From positions 102,176,001 to 102,240,000 of the forward strand of contig OZ024741.1 in NCBI GenBank assembly GCA_964016885.1: DNA of 64,000 bases, in the 5' to 3' direction. The translations under genes and the position numbers were made by a program. Shown piece by piece: positions 25,928-37,356 of the stretch. The DNA comes from Eledone cirrhosa (Eukaryota). Numbering within the stretch: position 1 is the stretch's first letter; every line of letters begins with the position of its first letter. The notes beneath the pieces were generated by a model. The model saw only the letters and a program-made list of their open reading frames with translations, was not told the origin of the DNA and made no database searches.

Positions 25928-28900
25928 ATGGATGTGTTAAGAGTAGGATGTTTGAATGCACGTGGCCTGGGCTCAACTTGGAAGCAAGCAAAGCTTCTAA
26001 ATGACCTCAGGTCATGTAGTATAAATGTAATGGTTATCTGTGAGACTCGAATCAGCGTCATGCGGCAGCTGGCCCCCACCTTCGATGACTTTGAGGTGCA
26101 TGCATCTCTCTGTCAACCTGGAGGTGGGGGTGGGGTTGTCGTGCTGCTGCAAAAACACCTGGGTCTTGCCGTACAGGTTGTGCACTCGGACCCGGAGGGT
26201 CGTTTGTTGGTGCTAGACGTTGGCAGTAGTGAAAGTGCGGCCTTGAGACTGGTCGCCGTCTACTCCCCTTTCGGAGCTGAACGGCCCGACTTCTTCCAGC
26301 GTTTGGAGACTTTTCTGGGAACGTCGCGTTCCCTGCTTCTAGCGGGGGATTGGAATGACATCCTGGATGCACGTTGGGACTATGCAGGAGCATGTCCTAA
26401 TAGAGGGGGGTGTAACAGCCTCAAGGGGTTACTCGACCGTTTTAACTTGGTCGATAGATATCGACTAGATTTTCCAACTGTGCCTACCTGGACTTGGAGA
26501 AACCACAGTGGTCAATCTAGATCGTACTTAGATAGATTCTTAGTTAGAAGTAAGGATAGGGACATATTAAGCTGTCCAGAAATGCGCACGGTTGGCTACA
26601 CGGATCACAAATTAGTGACCTGCGTGGTCAATCTCGAGAAAACACATAGACAGGGTCCCGGTTACTGGAAACTTAATTTGTCTTTACCGGCAAAAGAGAC
26701 TTACAGAAACCGGATTAGCAGATTAGTTAAGGAGAGGTTGACGGGTGCAATCGTCAACAACCGATGGTGGGCATCTCTCAAAAGAGAGATTAGAACAGAA
26801 TCAATAAGTTATAGCAAGATGTTAGCTGCCAATAGGAATAGAAACGAGAAAGAATTAACAGGTAAATTAGAAGAGGCAATCAAGAGCGAAGATGTGGCCA
26901 GAGTGCTGGCATCGAGGACGGCCTTGAACCAGTTTTTCGATGCAAAGCATGAAGGCTGCGTCATTCGAAGTAAAATACGTGCTCTAGGTAATGAGGGGGC
27001 CAAAGCCGTTGGATGGGCCCGCGTGACAGAAGCTAAAAGTGGAAATCGATCCACCATCCGGTCGTTGCAAGACGAAGATGGACGAGTAATCCGGGAGCCT
27101 AAGCAGATGTGCGAGGCCTTTCAAAAGCACTTTGCCCGATTGTTCGGGGGAGGCGAGGGTCCGGGCCGGGGCGTGGATTTCGGTCCATACCTCGACGGCC
27201 TGCCGCGTCTCTCGAACAAAGAGGCAGAGTCCTGCGAGGGACCAATCTCGGCTGATGAGATCGGAGATGCGCTGAGCCAATGCAGCAGACGCAAATCTCC
27301 AGGTCTCGATGGTATACCTTACGAACTTTATTTAGCAATGCCGGTCTTCTTCTCCGAACTCCTCGAAGCGGTCTACTGCAATTGGCAGCAGAACGGGAGA
27401 ATTCCTTGTTCTGTAGCCAAGGGCGTAGTCACGCTGGTGAGGAAGGACGAGAACAAGGGGGATAGTATAAATAATTTTCGGCCCATAACCCTGCTAAACA
27501 CAGAGTTAAAGATTTTGGCCAAGGTGTTAGCAAAGAGGTTGGCGCTTGTCGTGGGTGGCCTGGTGGGAGATGCGCAGACATGTGCTATCCCATCCAGGTC
27601 CATTCACGATAACCTCCACCTCATGCGATACATCATAGAGAGGGTTGGCAACAAACCCGGCGTCGGTGGGGCCCTGATCAACTTGGATCAGTCTAAGGCC
27701 TTCGATAGGGTCGACCATGGTTACCTGGATGCGGTGCTAGCGGCGGCTGGGTTCGGTCCTGTTTTCAGAGGCTGGATCACTGCCCTACATAGCAACCACA
27801 TCTGTTCTAGGATCAAGGTGAACGGCTACCTTTCGAAGCCGTTCGAAATCACACGATCCATTCGACAGGGGTGCCCTCTCTCCTCCCTTCTGTACGTATT
27901 GACTCTCGAGCCTTTACTGAGGAAGTTGGAGTTGTTGCAGGGTATCCCCCTGGAACCAGGATTGAGCAAAGCGGTGTCGGCCTACGCCGATGACGTAACA
28001 GTAATGGTATCAACCGACTCGGAGATCGAGGCGATCGGTACCTTACTGGAGGAGTACGAAAGGTTGTCAGGAGCGAAACTGAACCGGGAAAAATCCATCG
28101 GGCTGCAACTCGGAACGTGGAGAGGCAAACCGATGCCTCCTGACGGTGTCGTCGGACACTGGACGGAGGGCCCGGTAAAGTTGCTTGGGGTCTGGTTTGG
28201 ACCGGACCTCCAGGTGGAAAAGAACTGGAACGAGGTTACGAACAAGGTGTTTGCACTAACCCAGAAATGGGCCAAGTGTAAGCTGTCCCTAAAAGGCCGG
28301 GCGGAGGTGGCGAACATTTACATAGCGTCCGTCACTTACTACCGCCTGACTGTCGTGCCTTGCCCTAAGGAAACACTCACCACCATGGAACGCATGCTCT
28401 TCCAATTTCTTTGGAAGAAGCGTCCTCCTATGGTGAGAAGATCCATCTGCTGCCAACAACCTTCGAAAGGAGGGCTGGGGATGCCGTGGTTGATGATGCG
28501 TAGGCACGCATTAAGGCTACGGCACCTACAGGTATTCCTCACTGGTCAACCGGTGTGGGCTCCGTTCGTGAAGCGAGCCTTTCCGAGACTCGTCTCACTC
28601 ACCGAGCTACAGTCCTGGGTCAAGCAAAGATCCGGAAAACTGGGAGACTGGCACACTGAGTGTGCTCAGGCGCTCAGGGCTCTCTGGCAAGCGGGCCGGG
28701 CCATCGGTGGAGAATCCACCTCATCATTCTATAGAGGGCTGGTGGCTAGCAGGGGCGATGACACCCTTGGAGAGTCGCTGGACATGGAGGAAGACGAACT
28801 GGCCAGCCTGTTCGGTAGGACTTTCGGCCCAGGACCAATGGACAACTTCCAGAAGTCACTGGCCTGGCAGTGCTACCGAGGGGCTCTACCCGTTCGAGAG

Positions 28901-29365
28901 AGGCTCTACAGACACGGGCGCCCGGGCAGGGATCCCTCAAAAAAGATTTGCCCTAGATGCGTGCGTCACGAAGAAACCGTGGCGCACGCATTGGTGCAAT
29001 GTCCGGGCGTGGCTGATCTGTGGGGCTACGCCGAACAACTGCTGTCGCGGGTGGCGCCGATTAAATTGACCGCCGAGTCCGTGATGACAATCAAACCGCC
29101 TCCCCTCTTCACAAAGGAAGCAAAGGCGGTTTTTCTGTGCGTAATAGCCATGTTGAAAGAGGTTGTTTGGTGGACACGATTGAAAGGTCTGAGGTCAGGC
29201 AACTTCCTCTCTGGCCATAGTCTGGTCTACTTCTTCCGATATCACTTCGGAAGAAGGATAAGAATGGAGAGAGAGGTGCTTGGCCACAGGCAGTTTTATG
29301 AAAGGTGGGTGATAGTGGCGAGAATGGCTCGTGTAAGTGGGCCTTCTCTGTATACCATCCTGTAG
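25928..29365 (+). CDS. LINE ORF2: APE-type endonuclease, reverse transcriptase and C-terminal Cys/His motif (1145 aa)
   Basis: LNARGL, ICET, GDWN, SYLDR, TDH (APE); SPGLDG, FRPITLLN, DQSKAFDRV, IRQGCPLS, AYADD (RT); CPRC...ETVAHALVQC; GPGYWKLN typical of L1/Tx1. Confidence 0.97.
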   Translation: MDVLRVGCLNARGLGSTWKQAKLLNDLRSCSINVMVICETRISVMRQLAPTFDDFEVHASLCQPGGGGGVVVLLQKHLGLAVQVVHSDPEGRLLVLDVGSSESAALRLVAVYSPFGAERPDFFQRLETFLGTSRSLLLAGDWNDILDARWDYAGACPNRGGCNSLKGLLDRFNLVDRYRLDFPTVPTWTWRNHSGQSRSYLDRFLVRSKDRDILSCPEMRTVGYTDHKLVTCVVNLEKTHRQGPGYWKLNLSLPAKETYRNRISRLVKERLTGAIVNNRWWASLKREIRTESISYSKMLAANRNRNEKELTGKLEEAIKSEDVARVLASRTALNQFFDAKHEGCVIRSKIRALGNEGAKAVGWARVTEAKSGNRSTIRSLQDEDGRVIREPKQMCEAFQKHFARLFGGGEGPGRGVDFGPYLDGLPRLSNKEAESCEGPISADEIGDALSQCSRRKSPGLDGIPYELYLAMPVFFSELLEAVYCNWQQNGRIPCSVAKGVVTLVRKDENKGDSINNFRPITLLNTELKILAKVLAKRLALVVGGLVGDAQTCAIPSRSIHDNLHLMRYIIERVGNKPGVGGALINLDQSKAFDRVDHGYLDAVLAAAGFGPVFRGWITALHSNHICSRIKVNGYLSKPFEITRSIRQGCPLSSLLYVLTLEPLLRKLELLQGIPLEPGLSKAVSAYADDVTVMVSTDSEIEAIGTLLEEYERLSGAKLNREKSIGLQLGTWRGKPMPPDGVVGHWTEGPVKLLGVWFGPDLQVEKNWNEVTNKVFALTQKWAKCKLSLKGRAEVANIYIASVTYYRLTVVPCPKETLTTMERMLFQFLWKKRPPMVRRSICCQQPSKGGLGMPWLMMRRHALRLRHLQVFLTGQPVWAPFVKRAFPRLVSLTELQSWVKQRSGKLGDWHTECAQALRALWQAGRAIGGESTSSFYRGLVASRGDDTLGESLDMEEDELASLFGRTFGPGPMDNFQKSLAWQCYRGALPVRERLYRHGRPGRDPSKKICPRCVRHEETVAHALVQCPGVADLWGYAEQLLSRVAPIKLTAESVMTIKPPPLFTKEAKAVFLCVIAMLKEVVWWTRLKGLRSGNFLSGHSLVYFFRYHFGRRIRMEREVLGHRQFYERWVIVARMARVSGPSLYTIL

Positions 29366-29668
29366 GTAAAGAAGTAAAGGAGAGGGGAGCACCTTCTCCA
29401 TGTGCTCCCCGGGCAAAGGATTGCACACTTTTTCGGGGGTGTGTGCAACCCCCATCACGTCCCCTCCCTTTTGAGGTTATTTTCGATTATTTTCATGTTA
29501 CACCCTTTTTACTCGATTATATGTAAACTCCCCCTTTGTATTTGTCCCTTCTTTTTATGCCTTTATGGTAAATAAAGAAATCTATCTATCTATCTTTCTA
29601 TCTATTTATTCCCCTCTCTCTCTATATATATACACACGCATATCTCTCTCTCCCCCTCTCTCTCTCTT

Positions 29669-29702
<34 letters not shown>

Positions 29703-29705
<3 letters not shown>

Positions 29706-29784
29706 TGGGTCGTCAAGTATGAAATTTGTAGAAGTTTTTTTTTTTCGACAAATTGCTACACATTTCATACTTGACGACCCAATA
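29703..29784. mobile_element. Tiny Tc1/mariner-type MITE (TIR-only remnant)
   Basis: TATTGGGTCGTCAAGTATGAAAT ... ATTTCATACTTGACGACCCAATA inverted ends bounded by TA; an extra partial TIR lies at ~29816-29832. Confidence 0.7.
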
Positions 29785-30250
29785 TATACATATTGATATA
29801 TACAATATATACATATTGACGACCCAATATATACACATTATATAAACTTCATTAGATATATATAAATAAATTATTTCCAAAATGTTACTTATTATTGGAA
29901 AAGGAATGGAAAGAATTCAACGAAAATGAAATCCAAAATTGAATTATGAATATTTAGTATTATCTTAAGTAACATCATAAAATAAGAAACAAGGAATTCA
30001 AACATTAAACCATTCAAATATACAAATATAAAAACGATTCGGAATTTTTTTTGTTCTTATCTCAGGTCAGGAAAATGAATGCTTAAAAGTTTCTTATTCA
30101 ATGTCTGAATCCAAAAGTTTCAATTAACTCATTCCAGTTTACAACATTGTAATAAACCAAGCTCTTAATAGGTAGTAGATTGAAGGACGAGAAAGAGGAG
30201 AGAAGAAAAAGAGGAAAAACAAGAAGAAAAAAAATAGTAGAAATAATAAC

Positions 30251-30283
<33 letters not shown>

Positions 30284-31510
30284 CGGAGAGTAAGGAGCGT
30301 ATTGAAGTCACATCTGAACAGCAGAAATGCCATAAGCGCAGTAAATTCCCGAGCTGTGTCTATTATTAGGTACAGTGCGGGAATTCTGAGATGGAATGTT
30401 GCTGAACAAAAAGAAATGGATAGGAAGACTAGGAAGCTATTGACTATCTACAACATGTTCCACAAGAGGAGTGATGTCGATAGACTCTACCTAAGGAGAT
30501 CTGAGGGTGGAAGAGGTCTTATCAGCATAGAGGACTGTGTTCAGATGGAGAAAAACAACCTATACAAATACGTGACCTATAGTAAGGAGCCAATGCTCAG
30601 AACTGTACTGAAGGAGGGGACAGTAGGCCAGGGGATGTCCAAGGAGGAAATAACATCAAGGAGGAAGAGCAGCCTTAAGGGAAAATCCCTTCATAGTACC
30701 TTCTTTGAGAAAACTGAATTTAGAGATCCACAGACATGGAACTGGTTGAGAAGAGGAGACCTCAAAAAGGCTACAGAAGGAATGCTAATGGCTGCGCAGG
30801 AGCAGGCCCTCAAAACGAAGTGGTTGAAGCACCATATCTACAAGGAGGAGGCTAGCCCACTGTGCAGGATCTGTGGAGAGAGAGAGGAGACTGTGGCTCA
30901 CATTGTGTCCGAGTGTAAACACCTAGCCCAGACCCACTATAAGGGCTGGAGACACGATGTGATGGGCAGGGTGATCCACTGGCACCTGTGCAAAGTAAAC
31001 AATTTACCACATTATGAGAAATGGTATGAGCATAGGCCAGAGGCGGTGATGGAGAACAATCAGGTGAAGGTGCTGTGGGATTTTAGGATACAGACGGACA
31101 AAAAACTGGAACACAATAGACCTGACCTGGTGGTTGTGGACAAAGAAAAAAGATCGTGTCTGATTGTGGATGTGGCCTGCCCGTTCGACACGAGAGTGCA
31201 AGAGAAGGAGAGGGAGAAAATTAACCGATACCAGGACCTAAAGTGGGAGGTGAAAAGGATTTGGAACTGCCATGAAGTCAAAGTGATCCCGATTGTCATA
31301 GGCGCACTGGGGACTATCTCCAAAAGTTTCCAGGGATGGTTAAAGAAAATCGGCCCCTTCACGCTTTTTGGAACGCTTCAAAAGGCATGCTTGCTTGGAA
31401 CAGCAAGAACCCTCCGATACGTCCTGAATATCTGAGGCTGCAGGTAGTGGCTTGATATTCATTCCAACGGACTTTCCAGTTAACCAACATCAATGACTGA
31501 GATTCAAGGA
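30284..31510 (+). mobile_element. R4/Dong-like non-LTR retrotransposon, 5'-truncated, in (TAA)n
   Basis: (TAA)n on both sides; single ORF with CCHC and RLE domains. Confidence 0.92.
30302..31435 (+). CDS. R4-clade ORF C-terminus: RT thumb, CCHC knuckle, restriction-like endonuclease
   Basis: RLYLRRSEGGRGL, AAQEQAL, CRICGEREETVAHIVSEC, RHD, NRPDLVV, DVACP, EKINRYQDL, PIVIGALG. Confidence 0.9.
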   Translation: MKSHLNSRNAISAVNSRAVSIIRYSAGILRWNVAEQKEMDRKTRKLLTIYNMFHKRSDVDRLYLRRSEGGRGLISIEDCVQMEKNNLYKYVTYSKEPMLRTVLKEGTVGQGMSKEEITSRRKSSLKGKSLHSTFFEKTEFRDPQTWNWLRRGDLKKATEGMLMAAQEQALKTKWLKHHIYKEEASPLCRICGEREETVAHIVSECKHLAQTHYKGWRHDVMGRVIHWHLCKVNNLPHYEKWYEHRPEAVMENNQVKVLWDFRIQTDKKLEHNRPDLVVVDKEKRSCLIVDVACPFDTRVQEKEREKINRYQDLKWEVKRIWNCHEVKVIPIVIGALGTISKSFQGWLKKIGPFTLFGTLQKACLLGTARTLRYVLNI

Positions 31511-31518
31511 ATAACAAC

Positions 31519-31581
<63 letters not shown>

Positions 31582-31582
<1 letters not shown>

Positions 31583-32267
31583 GAAGCACCATATCTACAA
31601 GGAGGAGGCTAGCCCACTGTGCAGGATCTGTGGAGAGAGAGAGGAGACTGTGGCTCACATTGTGTCCGAGTGTAAACACCTAGCCCAGACCCACTATAAG
31701 GGCTGGAGACACGATGTGATGGGCAGGGTGATCCACTGGCACCTGTGCAAAGTAAACAATCTACTACATTCTGAGAAATGGTATGAGCATAGGCCAGAGG
31801 CGGTGATGGAGAACAGTCAGGTGAAGGTGCTGTGGGATTTTAGGATACAGACGGACAAAAAACTGGAACACAATAGACCTGACCTGGTGGTTGTGGACAA
31901 AGAAAAAAGATCGTGCCTGATTGTGGATGTGGCCTGCCCGTTCGACACGAGAGTGCAAGAGAAGGAGAGGGAGAAAATTAACCGATACCAGGACCTAAAG
32001 TGGGAGGTGAAAAGGATTTGGAACTGCCATGAAGTCAAAGTGATCCCGATTGTCATAGGCGCACTGGGGACTGTCTCCAAAGGTTTCCAGGGATGGTTAA
32101 AGAAAATCGGCCCCTTCACGCTTTTTGGAACGCTTCAAAAGGCATGCTTGCTTGGAACGGCAAGAACCCTCCGATACGTCCTGAATATCTGAGGCTGCAG
32201 GTAGTGGCTTGATATTCAATCCAACGGACTTTCCAGTTAACCAACATCAATGACTGAGATTCAAGGA
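31582..32267 (+). mobile_element. Second, shorter R4/Dong-like copy in (TAA)n
   Basis: Near-identical to 30826-31510; same 3' end GATTCAAGGA followed by (AAT)n. Confidence 0.92.
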
Positions 32268-32437
32268 ATAACAATAACAATAATAATAATAATAATAATT
32301 AGAAGAAGAAGAAGAAGAAGAAGAAGAAGAAGAAGAAGAAGAAGAAGAAAAAGGAGAATAAGAAGAATTGCAAGAAAATAGAATAGAAGAGAGATATAAA
32401 ATATATGAAAAAAGAGAGAGAGAGTGAGAGAAAGAGA

Positions 32438-32496
<59 letters not shown>

Positions 32497-33030
32497 AGAG
32501 ATATATAGAGATAGAGAGAGAGTGAGAGAGAAAGAGAGAGAGTCTGATGTATGTATATTTACTTATAAGTGTTAATATCGGCGTAATTCTTCTGAATACA
32601 CAGCCACTTGTTAGTTGTCGTCTACCCAAATATAATATCTCCTTGTTCAACAGCTGCTGCCAACGCCACCGTATTCTTGTGCTGTTTGCCATAGGAACGT
32701 TCTAGAATAATACACAATGGATAAACCTCTTCGTTGACACCAATATCTGTTACGATCTCACGATCTTTGACACCTCTGCTGTTAGTTTTTCTCTCTTTCG
32801 CAATCGTCTCTACAAGGTAGTTGGATGATTTTCTAGAGAACCATTGCACTATCATTCCATTACACCACTTGTTTTATAACTGAGATATGTAATGTATTAT
32901 TAACAATATTGAAAGAAAATCCATACAATTGAGGTTCAACATGAAATCAAAATGGCGTTTAGTCTCAAAAAATCTTCCGGCGCTGAAACAAAAATAATAA
33001 AAAATGTTTTTTCAGGAAAGAGATTCTATT

Positions 33031-33081
<51 letters not shown>

Positions 33082-33519
33082 CGAACAAAAATAAATCGAA
33101 CGGCCACGCACAACATTTCTCATGTTTTTCTCTGAGGTTCCCCCTACGGATTCCCCTTGATAATGGATGGTAAATCCGAAAATATTTGGGATTATTTTTT
33201 GTTGCTAAGGTAACTGTCTATTGTCCTCACTTACTTCACTTCAGTTTGTCCTTTTTTCTATTTCTTTTTAACTTGGCGTCTTTACTAAACATGCATTGTC
33301 AGGTTTCCAAATAATCAAGCGTATTTGGTATTTGGATTTGTATCTCATGTATATATATATGTACGTCAATACCCACCCTTTTCCATTTTACAGGCTTTTA
33401 AACCACACTATCAGACTAAAATATTTCTTTAGTAAAAAATACGGCGAATGCTTCTATTTCTAACAAATTTCTAACTACACTCGCTGTTTCAAAACAAACT
33501 TGCTTTGTCATATATATAT

Positions 33520-35700
33520 ACTAGCGTTGCCCGGGTGTAAGTCGACCTTTGCTCGATCAATTGTAGGTTCACAGTGTATTGTTGAAATTGTTCTTTGCAC
33601 GACTGACGGAAGTCAAATTCACTTGAAATTGAATTTTCAGTTGATTTTTAAAGCAGGGCGAAAAAGTCGATTTTTTCACATTATATTTTTTTAAATACAA
33701 TTTTCGCGCTCACATGTGCAGAAGAAGAAATAAAAGGGACTTTATCTGAACCACGACATAATGGCGAGTCTTTTGCGACAGTTTTCAAGAAAATCGGACG
33801 TTCCTGTAAACAGTTTTCCCATGTGCAACTTTGCCTTGTTCTTTGCGCAAAGTCGAACACCCGCTTCAGTTTTATTGATTTTTTACATGAATGCGTGATC
33901 TCTGAAGTAGATTTGAGTAGCTAAAAACCTGTCCCGGTAAATTTGCTATAGATGAAAAAAAGTTGATCAAAATTGTGTCTAGGGTTATTGCCCTTTGCAA
34001 AGCCTCAACGTGTCTTCAAGTATGGTTTGTTAATTTGTTGTGGAACTAAATCGACTTTCATCAAATCGGACCGAGGAAACAATGTTTCCATTTGTCTTTC
34101 TAGCTGGTGTACCCGGTTACACTCGGGGTTATAAGGCGCTGGATTTAAACGGGTCTGCGCTAAATTCCAGCAGGATGCTTTAACCGAAATAAATGAAGAA
34201 CAAACGTTTCTTTTTGTGCTCCAATCTGTGATATTGGTATTTTGAAAACATAGTCCACAAACATCCATGGAGCATGTGTAACGCATGTATCAGGTTATGA
34301 GAAAAAGGATTTTCGATTTTCCATTCATAAGATACCAAAAAATTGCACGAAAATAAACCGGCATTTTAAGGCACTGCCCAATTCATAGCTGAAAGGTAAG
34401 AATCAAGTGGAATAATGTTTTGCGACATTGTCAAATGTACAACCGTACAAAAGCAAAGGATATAGCCATTGAAATCTAGGTAGACCAAAGAATTTGCTGG
34501 GCTTGTATATCAGAGGATTGTTTTCCTTGTGATTCGCGTCTAGCCTACAAAGTGAAGTTAGATGATTGTAGTCGGTGTTGTATCAATAAAAAATAAAAGC
34601 ATACGGAAGACTGAACACTTACGAATTAAGTGAAAATCACGTTGATATTCCTATCAGAGCAACATGTGCCGAAAAACCTGACGGACTGTTGTGTCAATAT
34701 TGAAATCGTAGAAATTGCGAATCCCGACCTCTAAGATGTAATGAATAGGCCTTGGAGGTGAAGAGGAAGGATTGGTACAATTGCTTTGCTGAACATGTTG
34801 ACCATTAATTTTAATAGACTTACGCAGCATCATCGTGCGGTTTTGTTGTTTATGGCCTAGAATGAGGGCCGGTTAAACGCGGCAGAAAAATAAGCCATGC
34901 TGATGATTTTTAAGGGCGTTGCAGGGAATAGATGCGGCGTTGTGAGTCAATTGTGAGGACAGTGGAAGGCACGCTGATCGCTTGAGAAGACGCGATGCTA
35001 CACAGGATGCTTCTCGGCTATACTTGACAGAAAGGCATGTCAGGAGAAATGAAAGAGTTGCTATTCATCCTTTGCTTAGCATGATGAACATGTAATTAAA
35101 CAGATTTACCATGGACTATCGTGCACCTTGGTATTGTGTTTAGCTTGCGAAAATCGGTGGTCAAATGGGGCAACAATAAGCCATGCTGATGACGTTTAAG
35201 CGAGTGGCAAGGAATTGATGCGGCATAGATAGCCATGGGAGTCTTGAAGGAGAACGGCGGTCAGGCAAAAGAAAGGGCCGAGGAGGGGATGGTGGTTGAC
35301 AGTGCATGGATGCGGCATCCTGAGGCATGACGATGCAGTGGGACGACGGCCAGCAGGCAATGAAGAGGGCAGGGGTGGACGGTGGCAAGGATGCCGCATG
35401 GTGAGCCATGGCAGTCTTGAAGGAGCACTGCGGGCAGGCAAAAGGGCTGAGGAGGAGATAGCGGCTGACAAAGCATTGATGCGGCATGGTGATGCATGAC
35501 GATGCAGTGGGACGACGGCGTGCAGGGAACGGAGGGGGCAGGGGTTGACTGTGGCAGCATTAAATATGATTTAATATACATTATGTCAACGCCATAACAT
35601 GCTAACCATCCAAACAGACACACACACACACACACACATAACACCTTCTACTTTAGAAAATAAAAACCCGAACTAAATAAACCTTAACATACGTTTGCAC
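33520..35700 (-). mobile_element. Decayed Helitron-like element
   Basis: Minus strand ends CCCGGGCAACGCTAG|T; broken peptides resembling Pif1 helicase motifs (VALIGIST...VFSLP; LRLC..AIT; GQVF); internal ~174-bp GC-rich direct repeat at 35231-35556. Confidence 0.45.
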
Positions 35701-36150
35701 TGACAATACAACAGAACAAATACGAATAAGGAAAATATGTTCATTCAAAAATATTCCTACTAACTGAATCATTTTCCTACACACACAAACACAAACACAC
35801 AATATATATTCTCTTCATCTTAACATGCTAACCATACTCCCACACACACATAACACCCATACACACACATAACCCCACCCCACCCACCCACACACATACA
35901 CAACTCCCTCCCCCATTTCTACTAATAGAATCACTTTCCTACACACATATACACACACACAAAATAGATTTAATCAAGATACTACTTTGATTAAATCTTA
36001 ACCAACCATCTACCATGTCAGGGTTTGTCATGTATCATTTTATTTTATCTGATGAGGACGTACTGTTGAACTTAATTCAGTACCTCTGAAATATGTATAA
36101 TACAATTTAATTGATCACAAGAATATCTATTTTTGTTAATATTTGAATTA

Positions 36151-36200
<50 letters not shown>

Positions 36201-36291
36201 CGAAGGAAATGTGGTAAGGAACCAGGTGGACCATAACGCACCAAAGTACTCAATACTTGAGGTAGTAGAGTGGGTAATAGGAACCAGTAAG

Positions 36292-36385
36292 ACCCCGACA
36301 GCTGAGCTCAAGCCGTTTCGACGGCTAATTCTGGACTAAATGAAAATTTATCCTGGTATTTAAATAGCCGATCTTCTCAAGGGGT
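36292..36385 (-). ncRNA. Type I hammerhead ribozyme, U3-A8 variant (mirror copy)
   Basis: Reverse complement of 37208-37301. Confidence 0.7.
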
Positions 36386-37207
36386 AATTCCATATATGGT
36401 CAAAGTGATTGTCAAAAATCAGTAGTAATTCTGTGGTTGCAAATTAGTAGGGGAGATGGTGGCTAAACCTGCCAGTAGGAGAAAGAGGGGAGGGGGTGGA
36501 GTAGACCCAATCAAGCGTTGGTAGTGCCAGCTACAGCTGGGCATGAGGTCAAAGAAGATACAGGGGAGGGGGAGGGGGAGGAAGTCGGAACGGTAGGTAG
36601 AACAATGGGGGGTAGAAATAGGAAAGAAAAAATACTGAGAGTGAAGAAAAGCAAATAAGTGTAAAGAAAAAAGTAAAGTAAATTAAATTCTACGACCTAG
36701 GTGTCAGGCTATAGTTAGGCGAGAATAAAATAAAGAAAGAAAGAAAGAAGTAAATAAATAAATAAATAAATAAATAAGGAAATAAGTAAGAGAACTAGGT
36801 GGGACGGATAAGGCAAGGACCCTTTTAAGAGGTATAAGTACGTAAATGATACGGTGACGGGTCAACAAAAGGGGCCAACTATAGCCTGACACCTAGGTCG
36901 TAGAATTTAATTTACTTTACTTTTTTCTTTACACTTATTTGCTTTTCTTCACTCTCAGTATTTTTTCTTTCCTATTTCTACCCCCCATTGTTCTACCTAC
37001 CGTTCCGACTTCCTCCCCCTCCCCCTCCCCTGTATCTTCTTTGACCTCATGCCCAGCTGTAGCTGGCACTACCAACGCTTGATTGGGTCTACTCCACCCC
37101 CTCCCCTCTTTCTCCTACTGGCAGGTTTAGCCACCATCTCCCCTACTAATTTGCAACCACAGAATTACTACTGATTTTTGACAATCACTTTGACCATATA
37201 TGGAATT

Positions 37208-37301
37208 ACCCCTTGAGAAGATCGGCTATTTAAATACCAGGATAAATTTTCATTTAGTCCAGAATTAGCCGTCGAAACGGCTTGAGCTCAGCTGTCGGGG
37301 T
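37208..37301 (+). ncRNA. Type I hammerhead ribozyme, U3-A8 variant
   Basis: ACCCC-TTGAGAA-GA(T)CGGCTA...TAGCCGTC-GAAA-CGGCTTGAGCTCAGCTG-TC-GGGGT; GUC cleavage triplet. Confidence 0.7.
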
Positions 37302-37311
37302 CTTACTGGTT

Positions 37312-37356
<45 letters not shown>

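Larger units (their letters stand above)
23803..29581 (+). mobile_element. Tx1/L1-clade LINE copy E, both ORFs intact
   Basis: 5' UTR, ORF1, 33-nt spacer, ORF2, 3' UTR ending AATAAAGAAAT; (TCTA)n on both sides. Confidence 0.96.
36199..37316. mobile_element. PLE-type pLTR insertion with inverted arms (36277-36716 / 36877-37316, 160-bp spacer) in (TA)n
   Basis: 440-bp inverted repeat, a hammerhead in each arm, left arm 78 nt longer, (TA)n on both flanks. Confidence 0.9.

Noticed and set aside
18807-29526. Many antisense and alternative-frame ORFs over the LINEs
   Set aside because: Shadow frames of ORF1/ORF2; they recur only because copies D and E are near-identical
17923-29581. Copies D and E as an assembly duplication
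   Set aside because: They differ by many substitutions, indels and 5' ends
32622-32855. 77-aa ORF as a host coding exon
   Set aside because: No recognisable domain; splice signals ambiguous
36045-36080. Extra hammerhead cores (CTGATGAG here and at 59041)
   Set aside because: GAAA, stem III and stem I could not be completed; at most decayed remnants
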